DNA from: an uncultured Rhodobacterales bacterium
GTDB taxonomy: Bacteria; Pseudomonadota; Alphaproteobacteria; Rhodobacterales; Rhodobacteraceae
NCBI GenBank assembly: GCA_964425135.1
Contig: CAYRKW010000003.1
Coordinates: 618 to 64,617, forward strand
Reading direction: 5' to 3'
Length of the DNA stretch: 64,000 nucleotides
The translations under genes and the position numbers were made by a program. This document shows, one piece after another, positions 26,409 through 34,671 of the stretch (positions within the stretch are counted from its first letter, which is position 1; the number at the start of each line of letters is the position of its first letter). The notes beneath the pieces are model-generated. The model saw nothing but the letters and a program-made list of their open reading frames with translations. It ran no database searches and was not told where the DNA came from.

Positions 26409-28469
26409 ATGGAGTTTTATCGCACACATCCCAAGCTGACGCAGTTCATCGGGCTGCTGGTTGTCTTCTTCGTGCTCGTCGCTCTGGTGCCGCGCAACGA
26501 GGATAACGTCTTGTGGCGTCTGCCTCCGCTTTTGGCGTGGCTGCCGGGCTGGGTGAATGATTTCGCCGAATATCTGATGTTCGAGTTTCTGCCCATCGAG
26601 GTCTACGATCCCGAACTTGACGATACCGAAACCTCGACCCTTCTGCGCGAAGTAACGCGCGGTTTTTCCGCCTTCATTCTTGTGCTGATTGAATTCATCC
26701 GCGAAATTTTGGTGGGTGGTCGCAAAACCATCGTGCTCTTCACCGGCTGGGAGTTTGTGCGCGAAAACCCGTGGGCGGTCTGGCCCGCCCTGCCGTGGAC
26801 CGTTGTGACCGCAGGCACGATGATCCTGGGCTATGCGCTCAGCGGTCGCGGTCTTGCGCTTCTGGCAGGCGCGGCCCTGACCTACATTTCCGTTTTCGGC
26901 CAGTGGGAGCCCGCGATGGAGACACTCTCCTTCGTCCTTGTCGCCGCGCCTGTTTCTGTCGTTTTGGGCATCCTCTTCGGCATTCTCGCCTTCAAAAGCA
27001 AAACCTTCGAGAAAATCCTCGCCCCGCTTTTGAACATCGCGCAAACCATGCCGCATTTCTCGTTTCTGGTGCCCGTGACCGTGTTCTTCGGCGTCGGCGA
27101 CCACGCAGGTGCGATTGCCACCGTGATCTTCGCGACCCCGCCCATGATCCGCCTGACGCTTCTGGGCCTCAAGAAAGTCCCGCCAGAGGTGATCGAGGCC
27201 GGAATGATGAGCGGCTGCAACGCCCGCCAGATCCTGCGCAACGTCCTGATCCCAACCGCCCGCCGCGATATCCTGATCGGCATCAATCAGGTCATCATGC
27301 AGTGCCTCGCCATGGCCGTCATCGCCTCTTTCATCGGTGCCAAAGGCCTCGGTTTCAACCTCCTGCTCGCGCTGAACGGCTTGCGCATCGGTCTTGCGCT
27401 GGAGCTTGGCATCTGCATCGTCCTGATCGCGGTTGTCCTGGACAAACTCTCACTCGCATGGGCCAACAAGCAAACCGACTACTTCGCCGACCTCAGCTAT
27501 TTCCAGCGCCACGCCCACCTCTTCCTCTTCCTCGCGGTTGCCGCCATCGGCATCCTCCTTGCCGTCTTGGGTAAATTTATCTTCGGCGACGGCGTGAACT
27601 ACCTCTACCTGATCCCCCATAACAAAGGCATCACGACCGAAGCGTTTTGGCAATCCGGCGTCGATTGGATGGTCGAGACCTGGTACTCCAGCCTCCAGGT
27701 CTTCAATGTCTTTTTGATCACCCAAGTCCTGCAACCGATGAAAAAAGCCTATCTCGCCATGCCCGTCAGCGCGACATTCCTTCTGGTCATGGGCATCGGC
27801 TATCTCGTGGGCGGCATCCGCTCGGCGCTCGTGGTCGGGGCGTTCCTTTTGTTCATCGCGCTTACCGAATGGTGGGACCGCGCTCTAATCACCGCCTACA
27901 TGGCCTCCTTCGGCGTGATCGTCTCGGTCACCATCGGCCTCATCGTCGGCTCGCTCTGCGCGCAATCAAACTGGGCGACCAAGTTCATGCTGCTGGTCTG
28001 CGACACCTTCCAGACCTTCCCGTCCTTCATCTACCTGATCCCGGTCATCATGCTCTTTGGCGTCACCGATACCTCCGTGCTGCTGGCCGTGATCATCTAC
28101 GCAACCATCCCCGCCACCCGTTACACCATCGAAGGCCTGCGCAATGTGCCGCCCGCGCTTGTCGATGCGGGCCTCATGTCCGGCGTCACCCGCCTGCAAA
28201 AATGGTTCAAAATCGAAATGCCACTCGCCTTTCCGCACATCATGCTGGGCGTCAATCAAACGGTCATCTTCGCCCTGTTCATGGTCATCATCGGCGCGAT
28301 GATCGGGACCGAGGATCTGGGCCAGTTCATCCTCAAGGCCCTTTCGGACAAGCAAGGCATCGGCAACGGCATCCTCTTGGGCTTTTGCGTCGCCTTCATC
28401 GGCCTTGCGGTCGATCACATCATCACGCGCTGGGCGCATCAGCGTAGCGTCCAATTGGGGCTGGCATGA
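26409..28469 (+). CDS. tmoV: Betaine/TMAO-type ABC transporter fused (double) permease
   Basis: 686-aa polytopic protein with two permease halves and an ATGA overlap with tdm. Confidence 0.8.
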   Translation: MEFYRTHPKLTQFIGLLVVFFVLVALVPRNEDNVLWRLPPLLAWLPGWVNDFAEYLMFEFLPIEVYDPELDDTETSTLLREVTRGFSAFILVLIEFIREILVGGRKTIVLFTGWEFVRENPWAVWPALPWTVVTAGTMILGYALSGRGLALLAGAALTYISVFGQWEPAMETLSFVLVAAPVSVVLGILFGILAFKSKTFEKILAPLLNIAQTMPHFSFLVPVTVFFGVGDHAGAIATVIFATPPMIRLTLLGLKKVPPEVIEAGMMSGCNARQILRNVLIPTARRDILIGINQVIMQCLAMAVIASFIGAKGLGFNLLLALNGLRIGLALELGICIVLIAVVLDKLSLAWANKQTDYFADLSYFQRHAHLFLFLAVAAIGILLAVLGKFIFGDGVNYLYLIPHNKGITTEAFWQSGVDWMVETWYSSLQVFNVFLITQVLQPMKKAYLAMPVSATFLLVMGIGYLVGGIRSALVVGAFLLFIALTEWWDRALITAYMASFGVIVSVTIGLIVGSLCAQSNWATKFMLLVCDTFQTFPSFIYLIPVIMLFGVTDTSVLLAVIIYATIPATRYTIEGLRNVPPALVDAGLMSGVTRLQKWFKIEMPLAFPHIMLGVNQTVIFALFMVIIGAMIGTEDLGQFILKALSDKQGIGNGILLGFCVAFIGLAVDHIITRWAHQRSVQLGLA

Positions 28470-30838
28470 GCTTCGATCTCCCCTTTGAAGAAAAGTCGCG
28501 CATCGGCAAAGTGCTCGTGCCGGGCCTTCCGGTGCTGCCCCATGGCGTCGAGCGTCACCCGATACAAGGCAGTGGCTCGCGCGCTGTCCAAATCGAGGCC
28601 GGCGACGAGATCACCATCGTCGATCGCGAAGGCCTGCAACCGGTCGAGATGGTCTTCTTCACCCCGGACGGCGCATCTGACGCACGCAAAATCGGCGCAA
28701 AAGGCGGCCATGACCCGGCGGGCCTGCAAAGCTCGCTCACAAACGGTGACATATCCGGCCGCAAAGTGCTCACCGCATTGCAGGCAGCAGGCTTTGACAT
28801 AGGCCGCGCGGACGGCACACTCCTCTTCGCCGAAGGCTCGCGCGCAGGCGACAGCGAGTGCTTCACCGCCTGCGAAGACGGCCTGCTGATTGTCTGCGCC
28901 GCTGGCACGGCCATGGACGCGCATAACCAGGATGTGCCGACCGAGGTGGATCTCTACATCCGCCGCGCCAACCCCTCCGAAGGCGTGGGCGGGATCAAAC
29001 CGGCGGACCCTCTGGCCGATCCGATCCTGGATGAAAACATCCAACCCGGCCACGCCACCGCCTATAACGTGCGCAAAGGCCAGTTCATCCAGATCATGGA
29101 CGTGCAGGGCCGCGAATGTACCGATTTCCAGTGCTTTGACGCCCGCGCGCTCGACAAACGGATCGAGCGGGACATCAACATGCAAACCACCCGCTCGCTG
29201 ACCGGCGTCGATTATCCGGTGCCGGGCCTCCACTCAAAATTCTGGTCCGTTGATCAGCAACCGCTCGTTGAGATCGTGCAAGACACCTGCGGGCGCCACG
29301 ACGCTTACGGCCTGTCGTGCTACCCGCGTTACTACGATGATGCAGGCTATCCGGGCCATATCAATTGCTCGGACAGCATCAACCGCGCCCTGAAACCCCA
29401 TGGCGTGGCGCACCGCGTCGGCTGGCCGTCGATCAACTTCTTCTTCAACACCATGCTCGATGACACCCATGTGCTGGGCCTTGACGATCCATGGTCGCGC
29501 CCTGGCGATTATGTGATGCTGCAAGCGCAAACCGATCTGGTCTGCGTCTCCACGGCCTGCCCCTGCGATATCGATGCGACAAATGCGTGGAACCCCACCG
29601 ATATTCAGGTGCGGGTCTATAAAGAAAACGAAAATTTCCAGCGCTCGATAGGGTGGCGCAAGACACCGGAGGCAGATGTGGAACAGACCAAGGAAACCGG
29701 CTTTCATCCCTGTTTCGCAAAGCACACGGGCGATTTTGTCGAATATAACGGCTATTGGCTCGCCAATACGATGAACCAACACGGCGCGATTGCCGAATAC
29801 TGGGCCGCCCGCGAAAAAGCGGTGATTATGGACCTCTCGCCCTTGCGCAAATTCGAAGTGACCGGACCGGACGCAGAGGCACTTATGCAGATGTGCCTGA
29901 CGCGGAACATCAAGAAGCTTTCGAACGGCGGCATCTTCTATACCGCGATGTGTTACGAACACGGCGGCATGATCGATGATGGCACCGTGTTCCGGCTTGG
30001 CGATAACAATTTTCGCTGGATCGGCGGCAATGACACCTCCGGTAAATGGCTGCGCGATCAGGCGGAAAAGCACGGGCTGAACGCCTGGGTCAAATCCTCA
30101 ACCGACCATCACCACAACATCGCCGTCCAGGGCCCGCTCTCGCGCGACATTCTCAGCCAAGTGCTCTGGACCCATCCGGCCCATTCAACCGTCGAAGATC
30201 TGGCGTGGTTCCGCTTCACCCCCGCCCGTATCGGCGATCTGCAAGGCATCCCCGTTGTCCTCAGCCGCACAGGATACTCAGGCGAATTGGGCTATGAGGT
30301 CTTCTGCCACCCCCGCGATGCGGTGAAGGTGTTCGAGGCGATCTGGAAAGTTGGCGAGCCCATGGGCCTGACGCCCCTTGGTCTGGAAGCGCTCGACATG
30401 CTGCGCATCGAAGCGGGTCTGATCTTCGCCAATTACGAGTTCTCCGACCAGACCGACCCGTTCGAGGCCGGGATCGGTTTCACCACTCCGCTCAAGACCC
30501 AGGACGACGACTTCATCGGCCGCGCCGCCATAGAAGAGCGCAAAGCCCACCCGCAAAAGAAACTTGTCGGTCTCGATATTATCGGAAATCAGGTGCCCGC
30601 CCACGGTGATTGTATCCGCGATGGCAAAGCGCAGGTCGGTGAGATCACCTCAGCAATGAAATCTCCCTATCTTGGCAAAGTCATTGCGCTGGCGCGGGTC
30701 GATGTGGGCTACGCGCAGATCGGCACTCAGGTCGAAGTTGGCCAACTCGACGGCGAGCAAAAACGCCTTCAGGCGACCGTTGTGCGCTTCCCCCATTTCG
30801 ACCCCACCAAAGAGCGCGTCAAAGGCAATTACGACTAA
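28466..30838 (+). CDS. tdm: Trimethylamine N-oxide demethylase (N-terminal DUF1989-like domain plus C-terminal GcvT/aminomethyltransferase tetrahydrofolate-binding domain)
   Basis: 790 aa. The C-terminal half carries GcvT-like motifs (RTGYSGELGYEVF, LEALDMLRIEAG). Size, architecture and linkage to tmoXWV and tmm match Tdm. Confidence 0.8.
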   Translation: MSFDLPFEEKSRIGKVLVPGLPVLPHGVERHPIQGSGSRAVQIEAGDEITIVDREGLQPVEMVFFTPDGASDARKIGAKGGHDPAGLQSSLTNGDISGRKVLTALQAAGFDIGRADGTLLFAEGSRAGDSECFTACEDGLLIVCAAGTAMDAHNQDVPTEVDLYIRRANPSEGVGGIKPADPLADPILDENIQPGHATAYNVRKGQFIQIMDVQGRECTDFQCFDARALDKRIERDINMQTTRSLTGVDYPVPGLHSKFWSVDQQPLVEIVQDTCGRHDAYGLSCYPRYYDDAGYPGHINCSDSINRALKPHGVAHRVGWPSINFFFNTMLDDTHVLGLDDPWSRPGDYVMLQAQTDLVCVSTACPCDIDATNAWNPTDIQVRVYKENENFQRSIGWRKTPEADVEQTKETGFHPCFAKHTGDFVEYNGYWLANTMNQHGAIAEYWAAREKAVIMDLSPLRKFEVTGPDAEALMQMCLTRNIKKLSNGGIFYTAMCYEHGGMIDDGTVFRLGDNNFRWIGGNDTSGKWLRDQAEKHGLNAWVKSSTDHHHNIAVQGPLSRDILSQVLWTHPAHSTVEDLAWFRFTPARIGDLQGIPVVLSRTGYSGELGYEVFCHPRDAVKVFEAIWKVGEPMGLTPLGLEALDMLRIEAGLIFANYEFSDQTDPFEAGIGFTTPLKTQDDDFIGRAAIEERKAHPQKKLVGLDIIGNQVPAHGDCIRDGKAQVGEITSAMKSPYLGKVIALARVDVGYAQIGTQVEVGQLDGEQKRLQATVVRFPHFDPTKERVKGNYD

Positions 30839-30891
30839 CCCCGTTGCCATCGCGTCCAATCAACCGCCCGCTCCGGTTAAGATCTGGCGAC

Positions 30892-30943
30892 CGTGCATCC
30901 GACTGTGCATAGATTGTGCATGGATTGTGCATGCAATGCGCAT
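30892..30943 (+). repeat. Five phased copies of (T/C)G(T/C)GCAT at 11-nt spacing
   Basis: CGTGCAT at 30892, TGTGCAT at 30904, 30915 and 30926, and TGCGCAT at 30937. Read directly in the tdm/tmm convergent gap. Confidence 0.7.
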
Positions 30944-31046
30944 CCCGCTCGCCGCCATTAACCCTTTAAAACAAGGCAATCCCGCATCGTTAACGATTTA
31001 CCGATGCGCAGCAGCCATCCAAACCGCCAAACACCCGCAAAAACAG

Positions 31047-31117
31047 CTTCTTTGGTTCAAAAATATCCCGCTGCGCGCGCAAGCGCAAAACAAAGACGCG
31101 CGCCGCGCCAGCGGCGC
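31047..31117 (-). repeat. Dispersed element placed just after a stop codon, copy A (immediately downstream of the tmm stop)
   Basis: It shares the invariant blocks CTTCTTTGGTTC and CCCGCTGCGCGCGCAAGCGCA with copies at 62140-62211 and 42979-43055. Its hairpin is GCGCCGC-GCCA-GCGGCGC. Confidence 0.7.
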
Positions 31118-31132
31118 ACCGCAAGACCAAAC

Positions 31133-32467
31133 TCAGGTCTGCAAATAACTCTCCAAACTGTCATCCAGCGCATCCTTCCAGGCCGTATGATGCGCCGGCG
31201 CTTTGGTGCCAGTCATGGGTGAGACGTACCCGTGATTGCGAAACTCCATGATCCCTTTTTTCTTGTGCTTCTTCCACTCATAAAACGCCTGATTGGCCGC
31301 TTCGATGTCAAAGGAGGGATAATCCGTCTCGTCAATCAGCTCTTTGGTGTAAGCCCCCTGATAGGCAATGCAGGCATAGTCATCCTCAAGCGCTGCCTCC
31401 GCTGCCTGCCGCGCCGCCACATCTGCCTCGCGTGACTTCAAATCAGGCACATCAATGCGCCCCATGATGATATCGCGCACGTACCAGGCTTGGGCATCGA
31501 ACATGTTGAACGTGTACCATTGATCCTGCATGCCCAGATAGAAAAGCTCAGGATTGCCGTTCCAAACCACGCCTTTGTAAAGATCGTCCGACGCCAGAAC
31601 ATTCGGCGTCTTGAGCCGCAACTCATCGGGCAAAAACGGGAAGTGATGCTTGTAGCCGGTGCACAGAACAATCGCATCAACTTCATGGGATGATCCATCG
31701 ATGAAATGCGCAACCTTGCCCTCCATGCGATCAAGGCCAGACACTTCCGTCCAATTGTCCGGCCACGCATATCCGGTCCCACCTGAACGGCTCGATTGCA
31801 CTATGGATTTGACGCCGTATTTCCAAAGCTGCGATCCGATGTCCTCCGCCGAATAAGACGTCCCCATGATCATCACGCGTTGCCCTGCAAACTCACGCGC
31901 ATCACGGAAATCATGGGCGTGCAGAATGCGACCATTAAAGCGCTCAAAGCCGGGATATTCGGGCACATTTGGCACCGAAAAATGCCCCGTCGCCACCACC
32001 ACATTGTCAAAAACCTCACGGGCTTCTGTATCATTGATCTCATCGCGCACGGTTACGCTAAATCTGCCATCCTCAAAGCGCACATCGCGGACAATATGAT
32101 CGAATTTGATCCAGTCGCGAATGCCCGCCTTCTCCACGCGCCCCTTAATATAATCGAATAAAACCGCGCGCGGCGGGTAGGAGGCAATGGGCTTTCCGAA
32201 ATGCTCTTCAAAGGTGTAATCGGCGAACTCCAGACCCTCTTTGGGCCCGTTTGACCACAAATAGCGATACATCGATCCATGGCACTGATTGCCATGCTCA
32301 TCCACGCCGGTGCGCCAAGTGTAATTCCACAAACCGCCCCAATCCGACTGCTTCTCATAGCAGACAATTTCCGGAATATCCGCACCTTTTGCCTTGGCTG
32401 ATTGAAAGGCCCGAAGCTGCGCCAGACCCGATGGTCCTGCACCAATGATGGCGATCCGTTTTCCCAT
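31133..32467 (-). CDS. tmm: Trimethylamine monooxygenase (bacterial flavin-containing monooxygenase)
   Basis: Start at [14 protein letters not shown] (RBS GAGGGAG). FMO motif [11 protein letters not shown] (FxGxxxHxxxF), second dinucleotide motif GTSYSA, 444 aa. Confidence 0.85.
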   Translation of the reverse strand: MGKRIAIIGAGPSGLAQLRAFQSAKAKGADIPEIVCYEKQSDWGGLWNYTWRTGVDEHGNQCHGSMYRYLWSNGPKEGLEFADYTFEEHFGKPIASYPPRAVLFDYIKGRVEKAGIRDWIKFDHIVRDVRFEDGRFSVTVRDEINDTEAREVFDNVVVATGHFSVPNVPEYPGFERFNGRILHAHDFRDAREFAGQRVMIMGTSYSAEDIGSQLWKYGVKSIVQSSRSGGTGYAWPDNWTEVSGLDRMEGKVAHFIDGSSHEVDAIVLCTGYKHHFPFLPDELRLKTPNVLASDDLYKGVVWNGNPELFYLGMQDQWYTFNMFDAQAWYVRDIIMGRIDVPDLKSREADVAARQAAEAALEDDYACIAYQGAYTKELIDETDYPSFDIEAANQAFYEWKKHKKKGIMEFRNHGYVSPMTGTKAPAHHTAWKDALDDSLESYLQT

Positions 32468-32469
32468 TT

Positions 32470-32760
32470 TCAAACTCCCTCGACGATTGTTTGGACTGAG
32501 GTTGATGCTGACATGCGCACTTTCTTTGCGCCAGCATATTCCTTTGAATGATACCACGCCTGCGCGGCGTCATAGGACGGGAAGCGGATGATCACATTCC
32601 GCTCTCCGGGAGGGACACCTTCATAGCTTTGCGATGTGCCTCCGCGTACCAGAAACTCACCCCCGAATTGATCAAGGATCGGCTGGACCTGCGCGACATA
32701 GGTTCTGTAGATTTCAGGGTCGGTGACCGTGATCTGCGCGATGACATACCCGAAGGCCAT
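32470..32760 (-). CDS. DUF1330 domain protein
   Basis: 96 aa, [22 protein letters not shown]...[16 protein letters not shown], a typical DUF1330 alpha+beta barrel. There is an ATGA overlap upstream, and its stop is 2 nt before the tmm ATG. Confidence 0.75.
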   Translation of the reverse strand: MAFGYVIAQITVTDPEIYRTYVAQVQPILDQFGGEFLVRGGTSQSYEGVPPGERNVIIRFPSYDAAQAWYHSKEYAGAKKVRMSASTSVQTIVEGV

Positions 32761-33356
32761 CAGAGCCCCAAGGGGGAGGGAACCGCGCTACTCGCGTCCC
32801 AGTCCGGCTCAAATCCCAAAATGGTCGTATCGGCTGTAAGTGACGGATTAAACAGCGCATTATGCCAATAGGTTGACTGATAAAGCGGATTTTTCTCAGT
32901 CAGTTTCCACACTTTGCAATCAAGCGTGAACTCCTGATTATAGGCACTGAAGTAGAGCGTCACCCGATCCGCTTGCCGGATGGCCTGCGCGCCTTTGCTC
33001 TTGGGCGGAAAGGTCGCGGTGAGCGTGTCAGAAAACTCGCGCGCCTTTTGGTAATGGGTCGATGAGAAAAATTGGATCGCCTTGTCACGCCGCTGCGCCG
33101 GATCATTGGTGCGCTTGACCATATGCTGCATCTCGGGCGTAACCGAATAGGCGGGCAGCTTGTTAATGAGCGTGATGATATGGCCCATCGGCTCATCCGC
33201 GCCCTTAAGCGTGAGGGCCGGCATGATGCTGTCGTCAGGGCGGCCGTCAAACTCGCGCATTGCCATTTGCCGCACACGGCACTGCCATTTCAAAAACGCA
33301 TCGCGCAGCGGGTGTTGTTGCGGGGCCTGCCCCAAAATCTGAGCAACGGCGCTCAT
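32760..33356 (-). CDS. Hypothetical protein (orf198), no recognisable motif
   Basis: 198-aa ORF with ATGA overlaps at both ends, so it is translationally coupled within the operon. Confidence 0.6.
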   Translation of the reverse strand: MSAVAQILGQAPQQHPLRDAFLKWQCRVRQMAMREFDGRPDDSIMPALTLKGADEPMGHIITLINKLPAYSVTPEMQHMVKRTNDPAQRRDKAIQFFSSTHYQKAREFSDTLTATFPPKSKGAQAIRQADRVTLYFSAYNQEFTLDCKVWKLTEKNPLYQSTYWHNALFNPSLTADTTILGFEPDWDASSAVPSPLGL

Positions 33357-34201
33357 GCGACATCCTTTTTCGCTGGAGGCGTCAGATCAAAGGTAACATC
33401 ATGTTGCAGCGACGGAATACGGCCCCGCGCCTTGGCAACCTCGTCCAGATCAATCGTCGCCTGAACCACGCCTCGAAGCGCGCCGCCATCGGCCACAACG
33501 CGGCCCCATGGATCAACGATGAGCGAATGGCCGTAGCTTTCGCCGCCGCCCTCGACCGGACCGATTGCACAGGGCGAGATGACAAACGCACCGTTCTCAA
33601 TTGCGCGCGCACGGTTGAGCACATGCCAATGCGCCTCACCGGTTTTCTTGGTGAAGGCAGCGGGCACTGCAAGGATTTCCGCGCCATCCTGCGCCAGTTC
33701 CCGATAAAGCTGCGCAAACCGCAAATCATAGCAAATCGTATGCCCAATTTTCGCAAAGGGCGTCTCGATCAGCGTCGTCGCATCGCCGGGGATCACCCGC
33801 GCGCTTTCGCGGTAGACTTCGGTTTCCGAAAGTTGAATATCGAACAGGTGCAGTTTGTCATAACGGCTTCGGATCTCCCCGTCAGGGCCAATCATAAAGC
33901 CACGATTGTAAAACTTTCCGTCCCGCCCTGTGATCGCAATCGAGCCGATCATGATCCACAAGGATTTGTCGCGCGCATAATCCCGAATTCCGTTCAGGAA
34001 CGGATGATCGCTCTCGCGCGCGTGGGGCGGGGCGAAGAGCGCGCCATCGGTGCGCAATCCGCCGCAGTATTCTGGCAGCGCCAACATTTGCGCGCCTGCA
34101 CCCCGCGCAGCTTCGGCCAATGACAAGGCTTCATTCAGCGCTGTGCCAAAGTCTGGTTTGGGACGGGTTTGCAGGCAGGCAATGTTGAACGGGCGGGACA
34201 T
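33353..34201 (-). CDS. Carbon-nitrogen hydrolase (nitrilase superfamily; omega-amidase/Nit-like)
   Basis: 282 aa with the E-K-C triad contexts LALPEY, YDKLHLFD and GHTICYDLRF. Confidence 0.85.
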   Translation of the reverse strand: MSRPFNIACLQTRPKPDFGTALNEALSLAEAARGAGAQMLALPEYCGGLRTDGALFAPPHARESDHPFLNGIRDYARDKSLWIMIGSIAITGRDGKFYNRGFMIGPDGEIRSRYDKLHLFDIQLSETEVYRESARVIPGDATTLIETPFAKIGHTICYDLRFAQLYRELAQDGAEILAVPAAFTKKTGEAHWHVLNRARAIENGAFVISPCAIGPVEGGGESYGHSLIVDPWGRVVADGGALRGVVQATIDLDEVAKARGRIPSLQHDVTFDLTPPAKKDVA

Positions 34202-34614
34202 CAGAATTTCATGTAAGCCTTGCGCAAGCTGACCAGAGGGTGACGGTCCGACATCTGGAATTTGATCAGCAATTCGCGCGCAATCATGTCGCGATCCTGC
34301 TGATTATCCGGCAGTTTGATACTGTCCGGCACGCGCACCCAGCCGTTGATATTGCGATCAAACACCGCAGGCATGCCGTCCTCGTAGCCCATATGAACGT
34401 CTTCGAGCCAGTTCAGATCGTCCCAGCCCATCACTTCCATATATTCGGTCAAAAACGGCGTGATCCGCGCGTAGTCGGGGACGAGGTTAACGTCGTATCG
34501 ATAGCCGATATGCTGGCCGATTTCCTTTTCACGCTCGCTCTCGAGCCCGTCTTTATCTTTCAAAAACTGGTCGACATCCTTGATCTCGGAGCCGCGATAT
34601 TGTGTTCCAGCCAT
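34201..34614 (-). CDS. Hypothetical acidic protein (orf137), no recognisable motif
   Basis: 137-aa ORF with a strong RBS (GAGGAGA 6 nt upstream) and an ATGA overlap with the downstream hydrolase gene. Confidence 0.6.
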   Translation of the reverse strand: MAGTQYRGSEIKDVDQFLKDKDGLESEREKEIGQHIGYRYDVNLVPDYARITPFLTEYMEVMGWDDLNWLEDVHMGYEDGMPAVFDRNINGWVRVPDSIKLPDNQQDRDMIARELLIKFQMSDRHPLVSLRKAYMKF

Positions 34615-34639
34615 GTGTTGTCTCCTCGTGAGGGAAGAG

Positions 34640-34661
34640 GCCCCGGATCCGGGTCCGGGGC
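34640..34661 (-). repeat. Intercistronic GC hairpin GCCCCGGA-N6-TCCGGGGC (mgsC/orf137 gap)
   Basis: Read directly. 8-bp perfect stem. Confidence 0.6.
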
Positions 34662-34671
34662 GGGTTGTTGC

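Noticed and set aside
24240-26427. Long minus-strand ORFs (331 aa and 326 aa) opposite tmoX and tmoW
   Set aside because: The plus-strand products carry clear SBP and ABC motifs (Walker A/B and signature). The antisense translations are low-complexity and Arg/His-rich.
30672-31148. 158-aa plus-strand ORF spanning the tdm 3-prime end and the tdm/tmm gap
   Set aside because: It overlaps tdm out of frame and then runs through the repeat array and the dispersed post-stop-codon element. It has no RBS or motif.
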